Source: Thermoanaerobaculia bacterium
GTDB taxonomy: Bacteria > Acidobacteriota > Thermoanaerobaculia > Gp7-AA8
Assembly: GCA_035629395.1 (NCBI GenBank)
Contig: DASPHZ010000002.1
Location: 69,423 to 133,422, forward strand
Direction: 5' to 3'
Length of the DNA: 64,000 bases
Positions 1 through 11,965 of this stretch are shown piece after piece. The notes below the pieces were generated by a model. The model searched no databases, had not been told where the DNA came from, and worked only from the letters and a program-made list of their open reading frames with translations. The position numbers were made by a program, and so were the translations under genes. The stretch's first letter is position 1; each line of letters begins with the position of its first letter.

Positions 1-2042
1 GAGTCGGCGATCGGACCGAGCAGGATGTTCGCCAGCGTGGTTGAAGGTGCGAGACGAAGCGCGGTCTTCGCATCGCGGAGGGCCGCTCGGAACTGATCAA
101 TCTCGCGCATCAGTCGGTCCTTCGCGATCATGACGCGTGCGTGGCGCGCGCCGCGAGAGCTCATCGCGAAGATCACGACGCGATCGGAAAGCGCCGTGTA
201 GTGCACGATCGTCGTGTCTTCTTCGAGCGCGTCGGCTATCGCTTGCATCGTGTGCGGCGAAGATTCGCCAGCTCCTTCGAAACGTTCGCGAAAGATGCGG
301 CCGCGCTGCCGCTCCGCCGTCTCGAAGGCGCGTTCGTAATCGCCTGCGGCTTCTGCCAGGTCGTACAACTCGTCATATGCGTCCAGCGAGCTTCCGAGAA
401 ACGTGTCGCGAAGCTCGTCCAGAGCGATCTGCAGCCGGCGAGCCTCGATGGCATCGATCGCGTCGGACAGATCTCGTGCAGCGTCGTCTCCGCGTCCCAG
501 CAGCCGGGCTGCGCGCGCTCTCTCGACCAGTAGGCGGGGAACGTGGATCGGCTTGTTCCGTCGCGCGAACTCGATGACATCGGAAAGCAGGGCGTGGGCG
601 GTGGCAGGATCGCGCTCCCGTTTCACCAACGCACGAACCGTCGCCACGTCGTGCAGCGCTGATTCGCGAAGAGGATCCGGAAGTGCAAGTGCCGTTGCCG
701 AAGCGCGCGCAAGTTCGGTCGCTGCACGTTCCATGTTCCCGGCACGTGTTTCGGAGAGCGCGCTTCCCAGCAGATTGAGGACGCGCCGCCTGCGATTCGG
801 TGGCGTGACGCGGCAATCGAGCGCGAGCCGGTAGTAAGAGCGGGCGAGATCGAACTGGCTCGTGTAGTAGGCGTCGGATGCCGCTTGGGTCAGCATCGAT
901 TCAATGGCGCCGAGATCTCCGTTTGCGCTCGCGCGCTGGAATGCGGCGTGCCGCAGCCGCGCAGCCTCGCCGTCACGTCCGAGCCGTACCAATACGTGCG
1001 CTGCGAGATCGGACAACGTCGCCGCGAGGCCGGACTCGCCGAGTCGTGCGAATGTGCGTTCCGCTTCACGGTAGGACACGAGTGCGGTGTACAGCGCGCC
1101 ACCGCTGCCGATGATCGTTCCATGGAGCCATGCCACTTCCGCGCGGCGCGCCGGATAGCGTTCCGGAACGAGCCGTTGCACTTGCTCTACGAGCTGACGT
1201 GCACGCGCGAGATCGTTCGTGTCATTGATCGCGACCGCATGGAACTGCGCCGCCGTGAGTGCCATCGGGCTCCCCACAGTCTCGAATCCGGCGCGGGCCT
1301 GCTCGAGGAGCGGAATGGCGGCCGCGGCGTCGCGTCGAGCGAGCAGACGGCGCCCCGCGTCGTACTGCTTCTGCGCTGCGGCGAGCCTGGTCTGCTGCGC
1401 GGGTGCGGCATGCTCGATCGCGGCGATCGCGTCACTCAGGAAATGGTCGTTCTGCAACTGCTGCAACGCGCCGGCGACCGTGCGCACGAGGCTGAGCGCC
1501 GTCGCTGCGTCAGCACGGGCGCGTCGGTCGTGGGCATCCGCCCATTCGGTCAGGAAAGGGCCTTCCGCGTATGTCCGCGCCTGTTGTGGATACCTGCCGA
1601 TGATCGCCGATACAGCGGCCGAATCGCCACCGGCTGCCGCGGAGCGCAGAGCCGGTATCACGCGCGACCATTGTTCGTCGAGCGAAACGCGATGCAGCGA
1701 GGCGCGGCGTTCTGCCATTTCTGCCAGCATCGTCTCGTCGCTTTCCAGTCGTGCCCATCGGTCGAACTCTTGTGCAGCCGCGTCGAGCAATCCCATTTTC
1801 TCGAGCGCGAGTGCGCGTGCGAGGTGTGGTGCCGGCGCCTCGGGCTGCTGGTCGATCGCGGCATCTGCCGCAATGAGCTCCTGCGCGAGCGTTTCGGGTT
1901 CCTGCGCTGCAGAGGCGGCTCTTCGCATGGAAGCAACCTTCGGAGACGCTTCGCGCCGCATCCACGTGCGCCATCCCGCCAGACCAGTTCCGACGATGAG
2001 TATCAGCACGGCCGTCGCGAGGGCGTGTCGTTGCAGTCGCAT
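1..2042 (-). CDS. TPR-rich membrane-anchored protein, probably N-terminal part of a CHAT (caspase-like peptidase) protein; runs off the window edge
   Basis: Absent from the ORF track, consistent with no in-frame stop before base 1. Manual translation from ATG 2042: MRLQRHALATAVLILIVGTGLAGW (TM), TPR-like helices, then AFETAERQRGR...TTIVHYTALSDRVVIF, the segment typically preceding CHAT domains. Catalytic domain not visible in window. Confidence 0.7.
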   Translation of the reverse strand, partial: MRLQRHALATAVLILIVGTGLAGWRTWMRREASPKVASMRRAASAAQEPETLAQELIAADAAIDQQPEAPAPHLARALALEKMGLLDAAAQEFDRWARLESDETMLAEMAERRASLHRVSLDEQWSRVIPALRSAAAGGDSAAVSAIIGRYPQQARTYAEGPFLTEWADAHDRRARADAATALSLVRTVAGALQQLQNDHFLSDAIAAIEHAAPAQQTRLAAAQKQYDAGRRLLARRDAAAAIPLLEQARAGFETVGSPMALTAAQFHAVAINDTNDLARARQLVEQVQRLVPERYPARRAEVAWLHGTIIGSGGALYTALVSYREAERTFARLGESGLAATLSDLAAHVLVRLGRDGEAARLRHAAFQRASANGDLGAIESMLTQAASDAYYTSQFDLARSYYRLALDCRVTPPNRRRRVLNLLGSALSETRAGNMERAATELARASATALALPDPLRESALHDVATVRALVKRERDPATAHALLSDVIEFARRNKPIHVPRLLVERARAARLLGRGDDAARDLSDAIDAIEARRLQIALDELRDTFLGSSLDAYDELYDLAEAAGDYERAFETAERQRGRIFRERFEGAGESSPHTMQAIADALEEDTTIVHYTALSDRVVIFAMSSRGARHARVMIAKDRLMREIDQFRAALRDAKTALRLAPSTTLANILLGPIAD

Positions 2043-2200
2043 TGCGCGCAGGAAAGACTGATCCGCCTCCGTGGACTTCAAATTGCTGAGATGAGTCTGA
2101 ATTCTCGCGCATTGCGTGCGCGTTGAACAGGCTGCAGCCGCTTCTGGCCTCGGTGTACCTGTGCTAAAACCACCCGACCAAAGGAGCAAGGAACCACACC

Positions 2201-3337
2201 ATGACCGTCACCACCCCCCAGGCCCCCACCCTCCGTGAAGTCGCCGAGTCCGGCGGGAATCCGCTCCGGCTGAAGCGTGTGCATCATGTCGAGTTCTGGG
2301 TGGGGAACGCGAAGCAGGCGGCGTTTTACTACCGGAAGGCGTTCGGGTTTTCGCAGGTGGCGTATTCGGGGCTGGAGACGGGGAATCGGGAGTTTGCCTC
2401 GTACGTGCTCGGGCAGGGGAAGGTGCGGTTCGTCCTCTCGACGCCGTTCGATCCGAACCATCCGGCGAGCGAGCACATCCGGAAGCATGGGGATGGCGTT
2501 CGCGACATCGCGCTGCTGGTCGAGGACGCCGATTACGCGTACGCGGAAGCGGTGAAGCGGGGCGCGACGGGAATCGTCGAGCCGCATGATGTTGCGGGAG
2601 ACCACGGCACGATCCGCCGCGCGGCCATCCAGACCTACGGCGACACCATCCACTCCTTCATCAGCTACGCGAACTACGACGGCGCGTTCCTGCCGGGCTA
2701 CGTCGCCGCGCCCATCGAAGGGGAGCCCGTCGGCATCGCCGCGGTCGATCACATGGTCGGCAACGTCGAGCTCGGAAAGATGAACGAGTGGTGCGAGTTC
2801 TACAGCAAGGTGATGGGCTTCTCGCGCTACATCACCTTCGACGACAAGGACATCAACACCGAGTACTCGGCCCTCATGTCGATCGTCATGAGCGACGACA
2901 ACCGGGTCGTGAAGTTCCCGATCAACGAGCCGGCCGCGGGCAAGAGGAAATCGCAGATCCAGGAGTATCTGGAGGCGTACTACGGCCCCGGCGTGCAGCA
3001 CGTGGCGCTCCTCTGCGGCGACGTCATCAGCACGGTGACGAATCTCAAGAACAACGGCGTCGAGTTCCTCTCCGTGCCGGACAGCTACTACGCCGAGCTC
3101 CCGTCGCGCGTCGGCACGATCGACGAGCCGATGGAAGCGCTGCAGAAGCTCGGCATCCTCGTCGACCGCGACGAAGAGGGCTACCTCCTCCAGATCTTCA
3201 CCAAACCCGTGCAGGACCGCCCCACCGTCTTCTTCGAGATCCTCCAGCGCAAGGGCGCCCGCGGATTCGGAAAAGGGAACTTCAAGGCGCTGTTCGAGTC
3301 GATCGAGAGGGAGCAGGCGAGGAGGGGGAACCTGTAG
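2201..3337 (+). CDS. hppD: 4-hydroxyphenylpyruvate dioxygenase
   Basis: [55 protein letters not shown] motifs; AGGAG/AGGA upstream. Confidence 0.97.
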   Translation: MTVTTPQAPTLREVAESGGNPLRLKRVHHVEFWVGNAKQAAFYYRKAFGFSQVAYSGLETGNREFASYVLGQGKVRFVLSTPFDPNHPASEHIRKHGDGVRDIALLVEDADYAYAEAVKRGATGIVEPHDVAGDHGTIRRAAIQTYGDTIHSFISYANYDGAFLPGYVAAPIEGEPVGIAAVDHMVGNVELGKMNEWCEFYSKVMGFSRYITFDDKDINTEYSALMSIVMSDDNRVVKFPINEPAAGKRKSQIQEYLEAYYGPGVQHVALLCGDVISTVTNLKNNGVEFLSVPDSYYAELPSRVGTIDEPMEALQKLGILVDRDEEGYLLQIFTKPVQDRPTVFFEILQRKGARGFGKGNFKALFESIEREQARRGNL

Positions 3338-3341
3338 CAGC

Positions 3342-3446
3342 GTTGCTGGCTGCTCGTTGGTGGTTGCTCGTGACGTGTCGCCCCGGCGATGGACTCCCGA
3401 GCACCAGCAACCAGCAACCAGCAAGCAGCAACCAGCAACCAGCCAC
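3342..3446. repeat. Inverted heptamer tandem repeat element (GTTGCTG)n...(CAGCAAC)n
   Basis: About 4 degenerate GTTGCTG units, a short spacer, then about 6 CAGCAAC units ending at the hmgA ATG. Confidence 0.9.
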
Positions 3447-4700
3447 ATGTACCAATCCGGCTTCAACAACGAATTCGCCACCGAGGCCATCGCGGGCGTG
3501 CTTCCGGAGCGGGGCAACTCGCCGCAACGCGTGAAGTTCGGGTTGTACGCGGAGCAGTTCTCCGGCTCGCCGTTCACGGTGCCGCGTCCGATGCAGAAGC
3601 GCGCGTGGTTGTATCGGATCCGGCCGAGCGTGCTGCATGAGCCGTTCACGGCCGCGGACGCACGCCATCTGCGCGGGGCATTCGACGAAGTGCCGGTGCC
3701 GCCGAATCAACTGCGCTGGGATCCGCTGCCGATTCCCAGCGAGCCCACGGACTTCATCGAAGGCCTGACCACGATTGCCGGCAACGCCGGAGTGGGCATC
3801 CACCTCTACGCGTGCAATCGCCCGATGGAAGGGCGCTTTTTCTACGATGCCGACGGCGAGCTGCTGATCGTCCCCGAACAGGGCGCACTGAAGATCCTCA
3901 CGGAGCTCGGCATCCTCGACGTCAAACCGGGCGAGATCGCCGTGATCCCGCGCGGCACGAAGTTCCGCGTCGAAAACGAAAAAGCCCGCGGCTACATCTG
4001 CGAGAACTACGGCGCGAACTTCCGTCTCCCCGACCTCGGGCCGATCGGCTCGAACGGTCTCGCCAATCCGCGCGACTTTCTGACTCCCGCCGCCGCGTAC
4101 GAAGACGTCGAAGGCGACTTCGAGCTGCTCGCGAAATTCGACGGGCATCTCTGGTCCGCACGCATCGACCATTCGCCGCTCGACGTCGTGGCGTGGCACG
4201 GCAACTACGCGCCGTACAAATACGACCTGGCCAAGTTCAACGTCATCAACACGGTCTCGTTCGACCATCCCGATCCGTCGATCTTCACCGTCCTCACCTC
4301 GCCATCCGACACGCCCGGCACCGCGAACTGCGACTTCGTCATCTTCCCGCCGCGCTGGATGGTCGCCGAAGACACCTTCAGGCCACCTTATTTTCATCGC
4401 AATATCATGAATGAATATATGGGACTGATTTATGGTGTCTACGACGCGAAGGCGGAAGGCTTCGCGCCGGGCGGCGGGAGCCTGCACAACTGCATGTCCG
4501 GCCACGGTCCCGACGCCGCCACGTTCGACGCCGCGAGCAACGCGAAGCTCGAGCCGAAGTTCATCGGCGACACGCTCGCCTTCATGTTCGAGACGCGCCA
4601 CCTCATCCGTCCCACCCGCTTCGCCCTCGAGTCGCCGCTCCTGCAGCGCGACTACTGGCGCTGCTGGCAGGGCCTCCGCAAAAACTTCGAGCCTGCATGA
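3447..4700 (+). CDS. hmgA: Homogentisate 1,2-dioxygenase
   Basis: [55 protein letters not shown]; start ATG 3447 (ORF-track extension is repeat-derived). Confidence 0.97.
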   Translation: MYQSGFNNEFATEAIAGVLPERGNSPQRVKFGLYAEQFSGSPFTVPRPMQKRAWLYRIRPSVLHEPFTAADARHLRGAFDEVPVPPNQLRWDPLPIPSEPTDFIEGLTTIAGNAGVGIHLYACNRPMEGRFFYDADGELLIVPEQGALKILTELGILDVKPGEIAVIPRGTKFRVENEKARGYICENYGANFRLPDLGPIGSNGLANPRDFLTPAAAYEDVEGDFELLAKFDGHLWSARIDHSPLDVVAWHGNYAPYKYDLAKFNVINTVSFDHPDPSIFTVLTSPSDTPGTANCDFVIFPPRWMVAEDTFRPPYFHRNIMNEYMGLIYGVYDAKAEGFAPGGGSLHNCMSGHGPDAATFDAASNAKLEPKFIGDTLAFMFETRHLIRPTRFALESPLLQRDYWRCWQGLRKNFEPA

Positions 4701-5431
4701 TCGCGAAGTCGCTGCGCGCGCTGCTCGAGGGGCTCGTCGACTACGCGGGCCTCTTTCCGCCCGCGGCGCTCTCGATGCAGGACGCCGTCCGCAACTACGC
4801 CCGCTACCGCGAAGGCGAGTACTCCTGGATGCTCGGGAAGTTCGTCGTCCCGCGGGAGCGCGCGGACGAGGTGCCGGGTGAGTATCCGACGAGCATCCTC
4901 GGCATCGACGAAGTGAAGGCGGCGAGCGAAGCGGAGCTGAGCGCATTCGCCGAAGGGACGTTCGTCGAGATCGCGAATCTCGACCTGCTGGACGCCATCG
5001 AGAGAAACCACCTCCGCGCGAAGATCCGCACCGGCGGCATCACCGCGGACGCGTTCCCCCCCATCGAAAACATCGCCGCCTTCCTCCGCGCGTGCAAGGA
5101 GAAAGGCATCGCCTTCAAGGCCACGGCGGGCCTCCATCATCCGCTGCGCTGCGTCAAGCCGCTCACGTACGACGCGGACGCGCCGACCGGCACGATGCAC
5201 GGGTTCCTCAACGTCTTCATGGCCGCGGCGATCGTCGATCGCGCCGAAGAAGTCCTGCGCGAAGACGATCCGCGTGCGTTCGCATTCGACGACGAAGTCG
5301 CGTCGTGGCGCGAAGTCCAGGTCAGCGTGAAATCGATCGCCGAGATGCGTGAGACTTTCGCGATTTCCTTCGGCAGTTGTTCGTTCGAGGAACCCATCAG
5401 CGACTTGCGCGCGCTCGGCCTTCTCCCCTGA
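4697..5431 (+). CDS. Conserved hypothetical protein coupled to hmgA (DYAGLFPPA / KIRTGG / [10 protein letters not shown] family)
   Basis: ATGA overlap with hmgA stop, typical codon usage, enzyme-like motifs incl. [10 protein letters not shown]. Confidence 0.85.
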   Translation: MIAKSLRALLEGLVDYAGLFPPAALSMQDAVRNYARYREGEYSWMLGKFVVPRERADEVPGEYPTSILGIDEVKAASEAELSAFAEGTFVEIANLDLLDAIERNHLRAKIRTGGITADAFPPIENIAAFLRACKEKGIAFKATAGLHHPLRCVKPLTYDADAPTGTMHGFLNVFMAAAIVDRAEEVLREDDPRAFAFDDEVASWREVQVSVKSIAEMRETFAISFGSCSFEEPISDLRALGLLP

Positions 5432-5522
5432 CTCCGACTCGTAACAAATTCTGACGAGCTTGTGACGAACTCCCCACGCCGTGCGCCGTAGGATCTCTGC
5501 AGTTCAACAGAGAGGATCAGCA

Positions 5523-8197
<2,675 letters not shown>

Positions 8198-8201
<4 letters not shown>

Positions 8202-8494
8202 GTGCATCTTCCGTCGTCCTCCGCGGCATCGACGCGCGCACGTTTTCGGAGATGGAGAATTTCGTGAAGGATCTCGAGGCGCGGCCGACCGACCGTCTCC
8301 TCCGCGACCTCGGCGAGCTGTGCGAGCTGCCGCTGACGAAGGTCTCCCTGGTGTCTTACGTGATGTACACGAAGTTCCGCGCGGCGGACGCCGAGGAGAA
8401 GGCGCGCATGCGGGAGAGCGTGGCGGCCACGTTCGAGACGGTCGAAGGCGAAGCGAAGGAGCGCGTGGGCCAGATCCTCGATCGCATGCGATAG
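8198..8494 (+). CDS. Small helical hypothetical protein (98 aa) coupled to kinase
   Basis: ATGA overlap with kinase stop, AGGAG RBS, MSASSVVLRGIDARTF...QILDRMR. Confidence 0.7.
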
Positions 8495-8498
8495 CGCC

Positions 8499-8591
8499 GT
8501 CATCCTGAGCGAAGCGAAGGATCTCGAACTTCGTCGCATGCGCGTTCTGCCTAGCCTGAGACCCTTCGCCCTCTGCGGGGCTCAGGGTGAC
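8499..8591. repeat. Palindromic REP/MITE-like element GTCATCCTGAGC...GCTCAGGGTGAC, copy 1
   Basis: Terminal inverted repeats plus internal GAAGGATCTC/GAGACCCTTC pairing; near-identical ends at 9781. Confidence 0.85.
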
Positions 8592-8608
8592 GGATAGAAT
8601 CGGCCTGC

Positions 8609-9790
8609 ATGACCGACTTTCCGATCGAAAACCTTCCCTTCGGCGTTTTCCGCGCGGCTGACGGCAACGCGCATGGATGCACGGCGTTCGAGGACCGCAT
8701 CCTCGACCTGCATGCATGCGCGCGCGCGGGCCTCATCGACGAGCCGGCGCTGCTCGCGCCGCTGCTCAACGAGTTGATGGCGAAGGGACGCGCCGCGTCG
8801 CGGGCCGTGCGTGCTCGCGTGCGCGAGCTCATCGAATCCGGCGCCGCGGACGCGCACTTTGTCCCAATGCAGGGAGCGGAGATGCTCCTGCCGATGCGCA
8901 TCGGCGACTACACCGATTTCTACGCGAGCATCCATCACGCGACGAACGTCGGCTCGATGTTCCGTCCCGACAATCCGCTGCTGCCGAATTACAAGTGGTT
9001 GCCGATCGGCTATCACGGGCGCGCGTCGTCGATCGTCGTCAGCGGCACGCCCGTGCGCCGTCCCGCGGGACAGACGAAGGACGATGCGAGTGCCTCGCCG
9101 AGCTTCGGTCCCTCCAAGAGGCTCGATTACGAAATGGAAATGGGCATCGTCATCGGCGCGGGCAATGCCCTCGGCGAACCGATTGCGGTCGGCGACGCGC
9201 TGGGGCACGTGTTCGGATTCTGTCTCGTCAACGACTGGTCCGCCCGCGACGTGCAGACGTGGGAGTACCAGCCGCTCGGGCCGTTCCTGGCGAAGAATTT
9301 CGCCACGTCGATCTCGCCGTGGATCGTGACGATGGACGCGCTGGAGCCGTTCCGCACGAAGGCATTCGTGCGTGCGGAAGGAGATCCGCCGCCGCTTCCT
9401 TACTTACAGGACGACGTCGGCTTCGACGTCAACGTGGAAGTGTGGCTGCGCACCGCGAAGATGACCGAGCCCGTGCGTCTCAGCCGCGGCAACTTCCGCG
9501 ACATGTACTGGACAGTCGCGCAGCTCGTGGCGCATCACACGTCGAACGGCTGCAACCTCGTGCCCGGCGACCTGCTCGCGAGCGGCACGATCTCGGGTGA
9601 AGCGAAGGACGCGCGCGGCTCGCTGCTCGAGCGGGCGTGGCGCGGCACCGAGCCGGTCGAATTGCCGGGCGGGGAAACGCGCAAGTTTCTCGAAGACGGT
9701 GACGAAGTGGTGTTGCGCGCGTACTGCGAGCGCGACGGCCTGCGCATCGGCTTCGGCGAATGCCGCGGCGTCGTGCTGCCGTCATCCTGA
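8609..9790 (+). CDS. fahA: Fumarylacetoacetase
   Basis: DFPIENLPFGVF, GDYTDFYASIHHA, YHGRASS, LDYEMEMG, NDWSARD, GDLLASGTISG. Confidence 0.96.
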   Translation: MTDFPIENLPFGVFRAADGNAHGCTAFEDRILDLHACARAGLIDEPALLAPLLNELMAKGRAASRAVRARVRELIESGAADAHFVPMQGAEMLLPMRIGDYTDFYASIHHATNVGSMFRPDNPLLPNYKWLPIGYHGRASSIVVSGTPVRRPAGQTKDDASASPSFGPSKRLDYEMEMGIVIGAGNALGEPIAVGDALGHVFGFCLVNDWSARDVQTWEYQPLGPFLAKNFATSISPWIVTMDALEPFRTKAFVRAEGDPPPLPYLQDDVGFDVNVEVWLRTAKMTEPVRLSRGNFRDMYWTVAQLVAHHTSNGCNLVPGDLLASGTISGEAKDARGSLLERAWRGTEPVELPGGETRKFLEDGDEVVLRAYCERDGLRIGFGECRGVVLPSS

Positions 9791-9867
9791 GCGGAGCGAA
9801 GGATCTCAAAATGCGTAGGACGCGCGTGCTGCGTAGTCTGAGACCCTTCTTCGCGGCTTAGGGTGAC
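9781..9867. repeat. Palindromic REP/MITE-like element, copy 2 (supplies fahA stop codon)
   Basis: GTCATCCTGAGCGGAGCGAAGGATCTC...GAGACCCTTC...GCTTAGGGTGAC. Confidence 0.85.
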
Positions 9868-9872
9868 GCGGC

Positions 9873-10082
9873 TCAATTCGCGATCGAGTTCGGGCCGCTG
9901 CTGCCGCGATGCTTGCGCGCGAATCCGCGCGCGACCGCGGTCTGCACCGCATCGCGCAATTCCGCGGCGAGTGAGCCGGCCCAGACGACTTCGCGGCCGT
10001 CGGTGAACCGGATCTCTGCCTGCAGGGTCTCGTGAAACGTGATCTGCGCAACGCGTGCGGTCGGGTCGGGAACGATCGGCAT
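9873..10082 (-). CDS. Small hypothetical protein (69 aa)
   Basis: MPIVPDPTARVAQITFHETLQAEIRFTDGREVVW; fills the intergenic gap with plausible composition; start uncertain. Confidence 0.4.
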   Translation of the reverse strand: MPIVPDPTARVAQITFHETLQAEIRFTDGREVVWAGSLAAELRDAVQTAVARGFARKHRGSSGPNSIAN

Positions 10083-10155
10083 GGTGCAGTCATGGTAACT
10101 GAACGTGACGTGCGTCATTTGTTCTGAACGGCACCCCGGGTAGTTTTCCGCGGTC

Positions 10156-11472
10156 ATGAACATTCGCAGCATTGGTGCGCTCGCCGCCCTTCTGGTGGGC
10201 GTGCCCGCATTCGCCGGCACGCTCCACGTTCGCCTCACCAACTACATCAACCACCTCGGTGAACCGAACTCGCAGACGTTCACGCTCGCCACGCAGCCGT
10301 TCACCGGCTCGACGAATTGCTCGAGCGGCGGCGGCGCGACGACGCTCACGCACGGCGTCGACTCCGTCACCGGCACCACGGTCAACGTGACCCCCGGCAA
10401 TTCCGTGCTGCTCACGGTCGATCCCGGCTCGCCGCAGGCGATGTCGGATCAGAACGGCTACTTCGTCTCGTACGGCAGCGATCCCGCGGACATGCACACG
10501 TTCGACACGGCGACGTTCCTGCCGGGCGACGGACGCGCGATCTGCTTCGGCGGCTTCGAAGGGGCGCACGATCTGTACGCGCGCTTCTACGCGGGCATCC
10601 AGTTGCTCGACGAATGCGGCAACGAGCGCACGAACTGGGCGCCGGGCGAGACGGTGAACATCAAAGTCTCGGGTGGTCTCATCTTCAACCCCGAGCCGAT
10701 GCGCCTGATGGCCGCGGGCGGCAGCGTGAACGAATGCACGTTCCTGCCGGAAGCGCCGTTGTACGCGACGGTGCACGTCACGTCCGATCCGTTCGTCTAT
10801 CCATTCACGCTGCCCGATTCCGATGCCGACATCCCGAATCCCGGCTGTACGGGCAGCGGCACGCAGCACATCACCGGCAACTGGCGCGTGGTCGTGTACG
10901 ACTCGTCGTGCGGCTGCAATCGCAATCAGTTCAACTTCACGGTCGCCAACGACGCGCCGCCCGCGCCGCCGTGCACGCTCGATTGTCCGGGCGACATCAC
11001 GGTCGACAACGATCCGGGTGCGTGCGGTGCAAACGTGACGTTCGCCGCGCCCGCGGGTGCGACGTGCGACGCATTGCCGGGCGCGTTCTTCCCGGTCGGA
11101 ACGACGACCGTGACGTGCACCTCCGGCGCGCTGTCGTGTGATTTCGACGTGACGGTGAATGACGCCGAGCCGCCGAGTGTCGGCGCGGTGAGCGCGTCAC
11201 CGAATGTGTTGTGGCCGCCGAATCATCAGATGGTGGACGTGACGCTCAACTACAGCGGCTCGGACAATTGCGGCGCGGTGGCGTGTTCGATCGTGTCGAT
11301 TGCGTCGAACGAGCCGGGGCCGGAGGATTGGGAGATCGTCGATGCGCATCACGTGCGGTTACGCGCGGAGCGTCTCGGCACCGGCAAAGGTCGCGTATAC
11401 ACGATCACCGTCGATTGCGGCGGCGCCACGAACGTCGTGACGGTCAGCGTGCCGAAGAGTCAGAAGCACTGA
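10156..11472 (+). CDS. Secreted Cys-rich protein with HYR-like domain
   Basis: Signal peptide ...VPAFA; CPGDITV...FPVGTTTVTC...CDFDVTVND HYR pattern; C-terminal LWPPNHQMVDV module. Confidence 0.85.
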   Translation: MNIRSIGALAALLVGVPAFAGTLHVRLTNYINHLGEPNSQTFTLATQPFTGSTNCSSGGGATTLTHGVDSVTGTTVNVTPGNSVLLTVDPGSPQAMSDQNGYFVSYGSDPADMHTFDTATFLPGDGRAICFGGFEGAHDLYARFYAGIQLLDECGNERTNWAPGETVNIKVSGGLIFNPEPMRLMAAGGSVNECTFLPEAPLYATVHVTSDPFVYPFTLPDSDADIPNPGCTGSGTQHITGNWRVVVYDSSCGCNRNQFNFTVANDAPPAPPCTLDCPGDITVDNDPGACGANVTFAAPAGATCDALPGAFFPVGTTTVTCTSGALSCDFDVTVNDAEPPSVGAVSASPNVLWPPNHQMVDVTLNYSGSDNCGAVACSIVSIASNEPGPEDWEIVDAHHVRLRAERLGTGKGRVYTITVDCGGATNVVTVSVPKSQKH

Positions 11473-11965
11473 CCAGCAAATAGCACGGGTGCATCAGGCC
11501 CGTGGGCTCGTAGAACTCATCGCGCCAGTACTCGAAGCCGAGGGCTTCGAGTACTCGGCGCGATCGTGTGTTGTGCGGATTGTGGCCGGCGTAGAGCGTC
11601 GTCGCATGGAGCGATCCGAACGCGTGGGCGATGACCGCCTTTGCCGCCTCGGGCGCGAGGCCGCGGCCCCAGAGCTCCGGCAGCAGGTGGAAGCCGAGGG
11701 CCATGATGTCGTGCTGCGGTCGAAGGCCGCAGCAGCCGGCGAATGCATTCGTCTCGAGGAGAAACAGCGGCCAGTACTGAATGCCGAGCGTTTCCTGATT
11801 CGCGATCTCGCGTGCGAGCCGCGCGCGCACCTTTTCTTCCGTGTACGGCCCGCCGATGTGTTGCATCACGTCCGCGTCCATCCAGAGACGGGACGCCAGC
11901 TCGAAGTCATTCGAGGACCAGTGGCCGAAGCCGAGACGTTCCGAACGCAGCCAGTAATTTCTCAA
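11444..11965 (-). CDS. GNAT N-acetyltransferase, RimJ/RimL family
   Basis: TTG start overlapping purL stop; [29 protein letters not shown]. Confidence 0.85.
   Translation of the reverse strand: MRNYWLRSERLGFGHWSSNDFELASRLWMDADVMQHIGGPYTEEKVRARLAREIANQETLGIQYWPLFLLETNAFAGCCGLRPQHDIMALGFHLLPELWGRGLAPEAAKAVIAHAFGSLHATTLYAGHNPHNTRSRRVLEALGFEYWRDEFYEPTGLMHPCYLLVSASDSSAR

Noticed and set aside
137-2126. Listed ORFs in the first 2 kb
   Set aside because: Low-complexity shadows of the unlisted minus-strand TPR gene.
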